This document shows, piece after piece, positions 19,463 to 27,962 of a stretch of 53,938 bases of DNA. How positions within the stretch are numbered: position 1 is the stretch's first letter; every line of letters starts with the position of its first letter. Below the pieces are notes generated by a model, which was not told the origin of the DNA, searched no databases, and was given only the letters and a program-made list of their open reading frames with translations. Origin of the DNA: Alphaproteobacteria bacterium (GTDB lineage Bacteria; Pseudomonadota; Alphaproteobacteria; RF32; CAG-239); assembly GCA_045111335.1 (NCBI GenBank), contig JBGUGE010000062.1, positions 1-53,938 of the forward strand, in the 5' to 3' direction. The translations under genes and the position numbers were made by a program.

Positions 19463-21460
19463 TCAGATATCCAAGTTATCAACAAACTTTGCGCGCTCGA
19501 TAATAAAACGGAAACGCGGCTCCGGATCTTTACCCATAAGCTTTTCTACCTGTCGGCGGGTTTCAAAATCTTCGGCACGACCCTCTTCGGTGTCGGTAGA
19601 AGGAATCACCACTCTGAGCAGAATTCGATTGTTTTTATCCATCGTAGTTTCTTTGAGCTGGGTCGGGCTCATCTCGCCCAAACCTTTGAACCGGCTGATA
19701 TCAGGCTTGATATTACCCTTAACGACTTTTTTGAGAATTTTATCTTTTTCTTCATCATCAAGCGCATAATAGTTTTTGCCTCCGGCCACGATTTTATACA
19801 GCGGCGGAGTGGCAATAAACAAATGTCCGTTTTCAATCAGCTTCGGCATATGTTGGTAGAAAAACGTCATCAATAGCGATGTAATATGCGCACCGTCGAC
19901 ATCGGCATCGGTCATGATGATGATTTTTTCATAGCGCAGATTGTCGTCATTGTAATTATCTTTAACTCCGCACCCGAGAGCCTCAATCATATCCTTAATT
20001 TCTTGATTTTGGGTAATTCGCTCAACCGAAGCGCTGGCCACATTCAAAATTTTTCCTCTTAACGGCAAAATTGCTTGGGTGACACGATCACGTCCCTGCT
20101 TGGCGGAACCGCCGGCGGAATCACCCTCAACAATGAAAATTTCGGTGTTTTCGGCTGCGGCCTGTGAACAATCGGCAAGTTTACCCGGCAGGCGCAATTT
20201 TTTGGTCGGTGCCTTGCGAGCCTGTGCCTTTTCCTCTTTCTTTTTGCGGCGGGCTTCGGCGCGTTCCAACACATATTCAATCAGCGCTTTGGCGTTTTCA
20301 ACATCACTGGAAAGCCAATGGTCAAATGAATCTTTTACCGCAGTTTCCACCAAATGAATCGCTTTGGTTGAGGTCAGTTTATCCTTGGTTTGTCCCTGAA
20401 ATTGCGGGTCGGCAATAAATACGGAAAGCATCAGGCAGGCATCGCTTAACAAATCATCGGCGGTCATGGCGGAAATTTTTTTGTAATTTGCCATTTCTCC
20501 GTATTCCTTAAGACCGCGGGTTAGGGCCGAGCGAAATCCGGTTTCGTGAGTGCCGCCGTCCGGAGTAATCACGGTGTTGCAGTAAGAATATGAAAAGCCT
20601 TTTTCATCAAGCGGCCAAGTGATGGCCCATTCAACTCGTCCTTCATTATTGGCAAGCTCCGATTCGCCGGTGAATGCCGTGCGATTAACGGTTGCACGTT
20701 CGCCGATTTGAATATTCAGAAAATCCGACAGGCCGTTCGGGTAGTGCAGTTCGGCCTCAAGCGGAGTAGTATCACCCTCGGTAACCAACTCCGGCGCGCA
20801 TTTCCAGTTAATCAGCACGCCCTTAAATAAAAACGCCTTTGACCGTGCCATACGATATACACGATTGGCAATAAATTGGTTGTTACCCTCAAAAATTTCG
20901 GCATCGGGCTTAAACGTAATCGAGGTGCCGCGACGATTCGGACAGTTACCGACCAATGTGAGCGGCGTTTGCGGTTTGCCGCGAGAATATTCCTGTCGCC
21001 AGAGTTTTTTATCGCGGGCAACTTCTACCACCAGCGTTTCGGAAAGCGCATTAACCACCGACAAGCCTACACCGTGCAATCCGCCGGAAACTTTATAGGC
21101 ACCGCCGCCGAATTTTCCGCCGGAGTGGAGGGTAGTCAAAATCACTTCAAGCGCCGAAACACCGGGATATTTCGGGTGCTCATCTACCGGAATGCCGCGC
21201 CCGTTGTCGGTAATCGTTACGGTACCGTCAGCGTTCATGGTAACGTCAATATGGTTGGCAAAACCGGCAACAGCCTCATCCATGGAGTTATCCAAGATTT
21301 CGGCTACCAGATGGTGCATAGCCTGAATATCTGTGCCGCCGATGTACATTCCCGGGCGATGGCGCACCGGTTCCAGACCTTCTAAAACTTCAATATCGGT
21401 AGCGGTATATTCGGCCTTGCTTTGCGTGGACGATGTGTTTGTTTCAAATAAATCGGACAT
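19463..21460 (-). CDS. parE: DNA topoisomerase IV subunit B
   Basis: GHKL ATPase and TOPRIM motifs (EILDNSMDE, GRGIP, EGDSAGG, DADVDGAH). At ~665 aa from the ATG at 21460 it fits ParE rather than the ~800-aa GyrB. Confidence 0.8.
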   Translation of the reverse strand: MSDLFETNTSSTQSKAEYTATDIEVLEGLEPVRHRPGMYIGGTDIQAMHHLVAEILDNSMDEAVAGFANHIDVTMNADGTVTITDNGRGIPVDEHPKYPGVSALEVILTTLHSGGKFGGGAYKVSGGLHGVGLSVVNALSETLVVEVARDKKLWRQEYSRGKPQTPLTLVGNCPNRRGTSITFKPDAEIFEGNNQFIANRVYRMARSKAFLFKGVLINWKCAPELVTEGDTTPLEAELHYPNGLSDFLNIQIGERATVNRTAFTGESELANNEGRVEWAITWPLDEKGFSYSYCNTVITPDGGTHETGFRSALTRGLKEYGEMANYKKISAMTADDLLSDACLMLSVFIADPQFQGQTKDKLTSTKAIHLVETAVKDSFDHWLSSDVENAKALIEYVLERAEARRKKKEEKAQARKAPTKKLRLPGKLADCSQAAAENTEIFIVEGDSAGGSAKQGRDRVTQAILPLRGKILNVASASVERITQNQEIKDMIEALGCGVKDNYNDDNLRYEKIIIMTDADVDGAHITSLLMTFFYQHMPKLIENGHLFIATPPLYKIVAGGKNYYALDDEEKDKILKKVVKGNIKPDISRFKGLGEMSPTQLKETTMDKNNRILLRVVIPSTDTEEGRAEDFETRRQVEKLMGKDPEPRFRFIIERAKFVDNLDI

Positions 21461-21615
21461 ATTACCCTCAAAAACTCTCAAATTAACGAGAAAATAGCCG
21501 ATAAATGCGGTAAATTCAAGCAAAAACCCAATTTCATAAACAAAAAAAACAGTTAGGTGACGGCAAAAAATATCTTGACTAACAAGACAAGTTAGCATAT
21601 TGTATGTTGCGATTC

Positions 21616-21692
21616 GGGCGCTTAGCTCAGTTGGTTAGAGCCGGCCGCTCATAACGGTCTGGTCGTAGGTTCGAGTCCTACAGCGCCCACCA
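21616..21692 (+). tRNA. tRNA with CAT anticodon (elongator Met, or Ile2 if lysidine-modified)
   Basis: GGGCGCTTAGCTCAGTTGGTTAGAGCCGGCCGCTCATAACGGTC...GTAGGTTCGAGTCCTACAGCGCCCACCA folds as a cloverleaf. It lacks the initiator features (no C1-A72 mismatch, no GGG/CCC anticodon stem). Confidence 0.85.
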
Positions 21693-21697
21693 AACAA

Positions 21698-21722
21698 ACC
21701 TCCCCTTGCGGGAGGTTTTTTG
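21698..21722 (+). terminator. Intrinsic terminator after the tRNA
   Basis: ACCTCCC-CTTGC-GGGAGGT followed by TTTTTTG. Confidence 0.65.
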
Positions 21723-21738
21723 TTTGGTGGTATGCTGT

Positions 21739-21768
21739 GGCTCGAACCGGAGACTACAGCGCCCGCCA
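21739..21768 (+). repeat. Degenerate copy of the tRNA(CAT) 3' end (T-arm half + acceptor + CCA)
   Basis: GGcTCGAaCC[ggaga]CTACAGCGCCCgCCA compared with the tRNA's GGTTCGAGTCCTACAGCGCCCACCA. The identical 11-mer is CTACAGCGCCC. Confidence 0.55.
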
Positions 21769-21854
21769 TAAACTCAGGCCTATTATTCTCCGCCGTTGGC
21801 ATTTCAAAACTCCGCCTCTTGTGAACAGAATAAATCTTAAAATCCGCATCGCTC

Positions 21855-21883
21855 TTGCATTCTGCAAAAATTTTTTATAGCAT
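21855..21883 (+). promoter_or_regulatory. Candidate sigma70 promoter of the gpx operon
   Basis: TTGCAT-N17-TAGCAT, ~30 nt upstream of the ATG. A 10-bp palindrome TTGTTAACAA follows at 21890-21899. Confidence 0.45.
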
Positions 21884-21911
21884 ACAACATTGTTAACAAG
21901 GAGAATATCAG

Positions 21912-22454
21912 ATGAGTATTTATGATTACGCAATAGCAAAGCCTAACGGCGAAGAATTAAAATTGGCAGATTTTAAGGGCAAAGTGGTGCTGATTGTCAA
22001 TACCGCCACCGGATGCGGATTTACACCGCAATACGAGGCCTTAGAGCAGATATACGAAAAGTATCACGATAAGGGCTTGGAAATCGTTGATATTCCGTGC
22101 AATCAGTTCGGGCATCAAACTCCGGGAACCGACGATGAGGTTCACGAATTTTGCCAATTGCACTATCACACACAATTTGCGCAAATGAAAAAATCCGATG
22201 TTAATGGCGCAAATGAATTGCCGCTTTATACTTATTTGAAGGCGCAAAAAGGTTTTGCCGGATTTGGCGAGCATAAATTGAGCAAGCTCTTGGCGGAAAT
22301 GCTCTCTAAGGAAGATAAAGACTGGGATAAAAAGCCGGATATCAAGTGGAACTTTACCAAGTTTTTGGTTAATAAAAACGGCGAAGTCGCAGAACGCTTT
22401 GAGCCAACCGCCGATATGAACGACGTTGAAGTCAAAATCGCAAAATTGCTTTAG
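21912..22454 (+). CDS. Glutathione peroxidase family protein (Cys type)
   Basis: 180 aa with [12 protein letters not shown] and WNFTKFLV motifs. Confidence 0.85.
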   Translation: MSIYDYAIAKPNGEELKLADFKGKVVLIVNTATGCGFTPQYEALEQIYEKYHDKGLEIVDIPCNQFGHQTPGTDDEVHEFCQLHYHTQFAQMKKSDVNGANELPLYTYLKAQKGFAGFGEHKLSKLLAEMLSKEDKDWDKKPDIKWNFTKFLVNKNGEVAERFEPTADMNDVEVKIAKLL

Positions 22455-22468
22455 AAAGGGATAATGAT

Positions 22469-23407
22469 ATGAAAATACAAGCAGTAAAATTCAGAACCGA
22501 CGGATTTATGACGCAACCTTTTGCTTTTGGTGGTGAAGACGGTGCGGATAAGTTTGATGCAAAGGTGAAATATCGCTCCGGTTTGCAGAACTATGTGATA
22601 GATACGGGAACCGAGGTCATTTTGGTAGATACGGGCTTACCGGCGGGAACACCGGAAGAATCTCCGGATGAAACGACCATGATCTATACCGGCAAGGATA
22701 TCAAATCTTATATGGAAGCGCTGAAAGATTTAGGCTATAAACCGGAGCAAATCAGCAAGATTTTGATTACCCATAAGCACGCTGACCATACCGGAGAATT
22801 AAAGAGTTTTCCTAATGCCAAAATCTATGTGAACGCCGAAGAATGTGACGCCGATGAAATCAAAAACATTCCGAATGTTATTCCGGTTCATTTTACCGAC
22901 GGCGCATACCATAACTTTCCGGAAAGCCAGAAGATAGCAGACGGGGTGTATTACATAAAGGCCAAAGGGCACACCAAGGGTAACAGTTTGATTATTGCCG
23001 AAGATGACGGATTGTTTTATATGTTTGAAGGCGATATCACCTATACCGATGAAGCCCTTTATGCCAATAAAATATCGGTGGTTTATGAGGATAAAGCCGC
23101 GGCGCGGGAAACTTTAAACCGAGTTCGTGAGTTTGTCAGTCATAATCCGACCGTTTATTTGGGAACGCATACGCCTTTCGGTTATGAAAATTTGGCAGAA
23201 AAACGCATTGTGGATTTGAATAATCCGCCGAAAACATTACCGGTTGGCGAGATTGTATTCAAAACCAAGACCGGTAAATACATCTGCTCGGTTTGCGGTT
23301 ATGTTTATGACCCTGCCGAAAATGGTGGTGTGGCTTTTGAGGACCTGCCGGAAGATTGGAAATGCCCGCGTTGCAGACAGCCGAAAACTAAATTTAATGC
23401 GGCATAA
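22469..23407 (+). CDS. Metallo-beta-lactamase-fold hydrolase fused to a C-terminal rubredoxin domain
   Basis: HKHADH (HxHxDH) motif, plus C-terminal [10 protein letters not shown]...WKCPRC (two CxxC pairs with rubredoxin spacing). Confidence 0.75.
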   Translation: MKIQAVKFRTDGFMTQPFAFGGEDGADKFDAKVKYRSGLQNYVIDTGTEVILVDTGLPAGTPEESPDETTMIYTGKDIKSYMEALKDLGYKPEQISKILITHKHADHTGELKSFPNAKIYVNAEECDADEIKNIPNVIPVHFTDGAYHNFPESQKIADGVYYIKAKGHTKGNSLIIAEDDGLFYMFEGDITYTDEALYANKISVVYEDKAAARETLNRVREFVSHNPTVYLGTHTPFGYENLAEKRIVDLNNPPKTLPVGEIVFKTKTGKYICSVCGYVYDPAENGGVAFEDLPEDWKCPRCRQPKTKFNAA

Positions 23408-23432
23408 TTAAGCAAACACAAGGAATTAGAAA

Positions 23433-24542
23433 ATGAATCGTGATAAAATAATCATCAGAACAAGCATTATCGGCATTTTAACCAATGTTATATTGGCGGC
23501 ATTTAAGGCGGTTGTCGGTATGGTATCCAATTCTATTGCCGTTATATTGGATGCGGTAAACAATTTATCCGACGCGCTGTCGTCAATTATCACGATTGTG
23601 GGTACAAAACTGGCGGGAAAACTGCCGGATAAAAAGCACCCTTTGGGCTATGGTCGCATTGAATACTTAAGTGCGATGATGGTGTCGGGGATTGTGCTGT
23701 ATGCCGGTATTACTTCGCTTGTGGAATCGATTAAGAAAATAATTTATCCTCAAACACCGGATTACAGCCTCACTTCGCTCGTCATTATAGCGGTTGCGGT
23801 GGTGGTTAAAGTTGTTTTGGGAAAATACGTTAAAGCACAAGGCAAAAAGGTCAATTCCGGTTCGTTGGTGGCTTCCGGTTCCGATGCCCTCTCGGACGCG
23901 ATATTATCCGCTTCGGTTTTGGTATCGGCCATTATCTTTCTGCTGACGGGCTATTCTTTAGAGGCCTATGTCGGTGTGGTCATTTCCGGATTTATCATTA
24001 AAGCCGGTATTGAGATGATGGTGGAAACACTTAATGAAATTTTGGGAACAAGAGCAGATAAAGAAATCACAAGCAAAATCAAACATCTGATAGCGGATGA
24101 GCCGGAGGTGCGCGGGGCCTATGATTTAATTATGTATAACTACGGACCGGACAAGTATTATGCCTCGGTACATATGGAAGTTCCGGACACGCTAACCGCC
24201 AAAGAAATCAGCGCCCTAACCCGCCGGATAGAAACAAAAATATATGAGCAAACCGGTGTTATTTTAGTCGGTGTCAGTATATATGCCTATAATACCCAAG
24301 ATGACGAAGCGATGAAAATCGAAAAAGAGGTCAAAAAAGGCGTATTGCAACACAAATGGGCAGTTCAGGTGCATGGATTTTATTTGGATATTGCGGCTGA
24401 AAAAATGCGCTTTGATGTGGTATTAAGCTTTGATATCAAACCGGAAGACGGCATCAAAATTCTTTATGAAGAATTGCATAATGCGTACCCGCAGTATGAG
24501 GTGGAAATCGTGCCGGATGTGGATGTTTCAACAACGGAATAA
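23433..24542 (+). CDS. Cation diffusion facilitator family transporter
   Basis: 369 aa with six TM segments, the SNSIAVILDAVNNLSDA signature and a C-terminal cytoplasmic domain. Confidence 0.85.
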   Translation: MNRDKIIIRTSIIGILTNVILAAFKAVVGMVSNSIAVILDAVNNLSDALSSIITIVGTKLAGKLPDKKHPLGYGRIEYLSAMMVSGIVLYAGITSLVESIKKIIYPQTPDYSLTSLVIIAVAVVVKVVLGKYVKAQGKKVNSGSLVASGSDALSDAILSASVLVSAIIFLLTGYSLEAYVGVVISGFIIKAGIEMMVETLNEILGTRADKEITSKIKHLIADEPEVRGAYDLIMYNYGPDKYYASVHMEVPDTLTAKEISALTRRIETKIYEQTGVILVGVSIYAYNTQDDEAMKIEKEVKKGVLQHKWAVQVHGFYLDIAAEKMRFDVVLSFDIKPEDGIKILYEELHNAYPQYEVEIVPDVDVSTTE

Positions 24543-24559
24543 TCAAAACCTTGACAAAG

Positions 24560-24586
24560 CCGCTGCGGAAACGTGGCGGTTTTTTA
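24560..24586 (+). terminator. Intrinsic terminator after the CDF gene
   Basis: CCGCTGCG-GAAA-CGTGGCGG (8 bp including 2 G-U pairs, GNRA loop) followed by T6. Confidence 0.6.
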
Positions 24587-24611
24587 TTATTCAACTGTTC
24601 AAAATAAGTAT

Positions 24612-24640
24612 TTGCCAGATTAAAATAAACACTATATATT
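24612..24640 (+). promoter_or_regulatory. Candidate sigma70 promoter of the flavodoxin gene
   Basis: TTGCCA-N17-TATATT, ~30 nt upstream of the AGGAG RBS and the ATG at 24672. Confidence 0.5.
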
Positions 24641-24671
24641 GATGTTGAAACAGCATAATACAGGAGTAAAC

Positions 24672-25232
24672 ATGAAAAAGATTCTATCGTTACTTTTAGT
24701 GAGTTTGATATTTTTAACAGGTTTTAATGCAAAAGCGGAGGAAAACAATATGACGGATACAAAAGTATTGGTAGCCTATTTCAGCGCCACCGGAACAACT
24801 GCCGGTGTGGCAGAAAAATTAGCAACCGCAACCGGTGGTGATTTGTTTGAAATTAAGCCGGAACAACCGTATACGGATGCGGATTTGAATTGGCGTAACG
24901 AGCAGAGTCGCAGTTCGGTGGAGATGGCCGATAAATCAAGCCGTCCGGCAATTGCCAACAGGCTGGAAGATATGAGTAAATACGATGTAATTTTCGTCGG
25001 TTTTCCGATTTGGTGGGGACGTGAGCCGTCAATTGTTGATACATTTATGGAAAGCTATGACTTTGCCGGCAAAACGGTTATTCCGTTTGCAACTTCCGGC
25101 ACCAGTGATATCGGCGATTCCGGCAATATTATGCACTCACTCGCCCCAAAGGCTAAGGTTTTAAGCGGCAAAAGATTTTCTCATAGCGTATCGGAAGCTG
25201 AGTTAAAGAAATGGGCCGATGAATGGCTGTAA
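24672..25232 (+). CDS. Flavodoxin-like protein with N-terminal signal peptide
   Basis: The start is set at the ATG preceded by CAGGAG. MKKILSLLLVSLIFLTGFNAKAEE is followed by VAYFSATGTT (FMN phosphate loop) and FPIWWG. Confidence 0.75.
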   Translation: MKKILSLLLVSLIFLTGFNAKAEENNMTDTKVLVAYFSATGTTAGVAEKLATATGGDLFEIKPEQPYTDADLNWRNEQSRSSVEMADKSSRPAIANRLEDMSKYDVIFVGFPIWWGREPSIVDTFMESYDFAGKTVIPFATSGTSDIGDSGNIMHSLAPKAKVLSGKRFSHSVSEAELKKWADEWL

Positions 25233-25360
25233 GCTTTAAATCAACTATCTTGCATTACGCAAAAACGGCGATTAATCTTCGGGCGTCAAATCAGCACTTA
25301 AATAAATATCGGGAAAAACAATTTATCGTAAGGCAGCATAATCAATATTAAGGTGAGGAA

Positions 25361-26002
25361 ATGCAATATTTTTATCAAAATAATCATTCGCAAGATTTAA
25401 TAGTGTTTTTTTCCGGTTGGGGTTGCGACGAAAATCAATTTACCAATTTACATGACAATAAAGATGTATTGATTTTATACGATTATCAGGATTTAAATGT
25501 GGATTTTGACTTTTCCGAATATAAGAATATTTATGTTATTGCTTATTCGGCCGGCGTGTTTGTAGCATCAATACTGGCAGATGGTATGCCGAATGTTCGG
25601 CAAAAAGTGGCGGTGTGCGGCAATCCGTATCTGTTTGATGAAAAACTCGGTATATCCGACGATAATATCCGCGTTTTCAGAAGCATAACTTTGGACAACT
25701 ATCTTGATTTTCGCCGCAAATATATGGTGTTCGATAACGAAGAATACGAGAGGTATAATGGCTTAGAATCATTGCGTACCATCGAAAGTTGCGCCGACGA
25801 GCTGAAAGCTCTGCAAAAAATGTATGCCGAGTGTAAACAGCGGATTAATCCGGTATTTGATAAGGCGATTGCGGCTCAAAATGATTTGATATTCGATGTA
25901 CGGACGCAAGCGGAGTTTTATCAAGATAAGTTATCGGTTATTCCAAACGCCAAACACCATATCTTTTTTCGTTTCAACAGTTTTGAAGATATGCTGAAAT
26001 AG
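25361..26002 (+). CDS. DUF452 / BioG-like pimeloyl-ACP methyl ester esterase
   Basis: 213 aa. LIVFFSGWG, LILYDYQDLNVDFDFS and VIAYSAGV closely parallel my recollection of Haemophilus BioG. Confidence 0.65.
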   Translation: MQYFYQNNHSQDLIVFFSGWGCDENQFTNLHDNKDVLILYDYQDLNVDFDFSEYKNIYVIAYSAGVFVASILADGMPNVRQKVAVCGNPYLFDEKLGISDDNIRVFRSITLDNYLDFRRKYMVFDNEEYERYNGLESLRTIESCADELKALQKMYAECKQRINPVFDKAIAAQNDLIFDVRTQAEFYQDKLSVIPNAKHHIFFRFNSFEDMLK

Positions 26003-26021
26003 AATAAATCGCAGTATTTCT

Positions 26022-26618
26022 TTATATCATTTTGATGAATGACAATTCGTCGGTGGCGGGATTATATTCTATTTGCGCTATACAGCAATTCGGCAGACCG
26101 ACACCATACGATTCCAAGCCGGCCAACAACGAGGACATTACGCCGCCATGGGTGGAAATACCTATAACTTTGCACGGGCAGGTTCGCGCTATTTGCAAAA
26201 GTGCCGCATTAACGCGATTAAAAACCTGATGCTTACTCTCGCTCTCAGCTCCCGGATATTTACTGTCCCAAGTTGTCGGTGTCGGATACAGCACATCATG
26301 CATCAATTGCGGCCACTTTGAGCCGATTTCATCCATAGTATGCCCCTCGGCCTCACCGAAACAACATTCGTGAAATGCATCTTCAAATTCGAGCGGTACC
26401 TGCAATTGTCGGTTGGCAATTTCGGCGGTATATTTGGCGCGCAAAAACGGCGAAGAATAAATCTTTTCAATGCCGCAAAGCGCAAGCCTCTTTCCGAGTT
26501 CTGCCGCCTGTTTGCGTCCGCGATCGTTCAAATCCGGATTTGAGCCGGTGCCTTGCCAGACTTTTTTGGCGTTGAGTTCGGTTTCGCCGTGGCGAAATAC
26601 ATAAAAAATCTTTTTCAT
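26022..26618 (-). CDS. Histidine phosphatase family protein (phosphoglycerate mutase-like)
   Basis: The start is set at MKKIFYVFRHGETELN, which carries the RHG motif. There is also a C-terminal ISTHGG motif. Confidence 0.75.
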   Translation of the reverse strand: MKKIFYVFRHGETELNAKKVWQGTGSNPDLNDRGRKQAAELGKRLALCGIEKIYSSPFLRAKYTAEIANRQLQVPLEFEDAFHECCFGEAEGHTMDEIGSKWPQLMHDVLYPTPTTWDSKYPGAESESKHQVFNRVNAALLQIARTCPCKVIGISTHGGVMSSLLAGLESYGVGLPNCCIAQIEYNPATDELSFIKMI

Positions 26619-26791
26619 CAGTCCTGTTCCTTCATCTGTCTTCAGCCGATTTATATCATCCGCAGCCTTAAATTGCAATGATTTTCAAAGAATAACAACA
26701 GCATGGCAATTATTTAAGAAAAACAAACAATTAAATATATGGTACTATAATACCTCAGTAATAAAATATTGAAAAAATATGAATTTTTTAG

Positions 26792-26819
26792 TTGACAGCG
26801 CGAAAAGTTTATGTATATT
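26792..26819 (+). promoter_or_regulatory. Candidate sigma70 promoter of rplM-rpsI
   Basis: TTGACA-N16-TATATT, ~38 nt upstream of the rplM ATG. Confidence 0.55.
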
Positions 26820-26857
26820 AACACCGAATTAACATTAACTTTTGAAAGAGATTAAAA

Positions 26858-27328
26858 ATGATTTCTACACGTACAACAAAACCGTCGGATATCGAGAGAA
26901 AATGGTATGTTGTCGATGCCGAAGGTGTTATTTTGGGTCGTCTTTCCGCTGAAATCGCTAAGATTCTGCGCGGTAAGAATAAGCCTTATTTTACGCCGAA
27001 CTTGGATTGCGGTGACTATGTCGTTGTGATTAACGCCGACAAAGTCAAGCTGACCGGCAAAAAATTGGCTAACAAACACTATTACAAGCACACCGGTTAT
27101 ATCGGCAGCGTTAAAGATACGACAGCCGGCAAAATTTTGAGCGGACGTTTTCCGGAACGCGTTATTCAAAAGGCCGTTGAGCGTATGATTTCGCGCAACC
27201 CGCTCGGTCGTCAAATGATGACCAAACTGAAGGTTTATGCCGGTTCCGAACATCCGCATACCGCTCAAAACCCGATTGTTTGGGATTTTGCTTCTCAAAA
27301 CTCTAAGAATAAAAGGAGTGCTTTATAA
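26858..27328 (+). CDS. rplM: 50S ribosomal protein L13
   Basis: 156 aa with a [16 protein letters not shown]-terminus. Confidence 0.97.
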   Translation: MISTRTTKPSDIERKWYVVDAEGVILGRLSAEIAKILRGKNKPYFTPNLDCGDYVVVINADKVKLTGKKLANKHYYKHTGYIGSVKDTTAGKILSGRFPERVIQKAVERMISRNPLGRQMMTKLKVYAGSEHPHTAQNPIVWDFASQNSKNKRSAL

Positions 27329-27807
27329 TGGCTAAGAAAACTATTGAATTGCAAGAATTGAAGGCTGCTACTTCGACCGCTTCCGAGCCGAAGACAACTC
27401 GCAAGGCCGTAAAAGATAAAAAAGGTCGTTCTTATGCCACCGGTAAAAGAAAAGACGCTGTTGCTCGCGTTTGGATTATGCCGGGTAAAGGTAATATTAC
27501 CATTAATGATAAGTCGATTGACGAATATTTCGCTCGTCCGGTTTTGAAAATGGTTATCAATCAACCGTTTGCCATTACCAACCGCGAAAATGAATTTGAT
27601 GTTATTTGCACGGTTAAGGGCGGTGGTTTGTCCGGTCAGGCCGGTGCAATTAAACACGGCATTTCTAAGGCTTTGAACGAATACGAGCCGGAATTGCGCC
27701 CGACTTTGAAGAGCGCCGGCTTCTTAACTCGCGATGATCGTGTAGTTGAGCGTAAGAAATACGGTAAAGCCAAGGCTCGTCGTTCTTATCAGTTCTCCAA
27801 GCGTTGA
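27328..27807 (+). CDS. rpsI: 30S ribosomal protein S9
   Basis: 159 aa with [19 protein letters not shown] and a C-terminal [17 protein letters not shown]. It overlaps the rplM stop (TAATG). Confidence 0.97.
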   Translation: MAKKTIELQELKAATSTASEPKTTRKAVKDKKGRSYATGKRKDAVARVWIMPGKGNITINDKSIDEYFARPVLKMVINQPFAITNRENEFDVICTVKGGGLSGQAGAIKHGISKALNEYEPELRPTLKSAGFLTRDDRVVERKKYGKAKARRSYQFSKR

Positions 27808-27830
27808 TATTGTTTGGAAATACGGTTCAA

Positions 27831-27857
27831 AAGGTCGTCTTCGGGCGGCCTTTTTTT
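27831..27857 (+). terminator. Intrinsic terminator after rpsI
   Basis: AGGTCGTC-TTCG-GGCGGCCT (with G-U pairs) followed by T7. Confidence 0.6.
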
Positions 27858-27962
27858 GTGTCGCCGCTTAAGTTAATTTTTTTTATATTGATATATTGAC
27901 AAAAAACATAAAATTTGCTAAAATAACGATAATCAGGTGACAAATACAGAGGAGTATACAAT

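Noticed and set aside
21461-21598. 46-codon N-terminal extension of the parE ORF, and the alternative call as gyrB.
   Set aside because: The extension is hydrophobic nonsense preceding the conserved MSDLFE...YTATDIEVLEGLEPVRHRPGMYIG start. The ~665-aa length and the lack of the GyrB-specific insert favour ParE. A phylogeny would be needed to be certain.
21754-21939. 61-aa minus-strand ORF between tRNA(CAT) and gpx.
   Set aside because: It overlaps the gpx promoter, RBS and start. It has no RBS and a basic low-complexity product.
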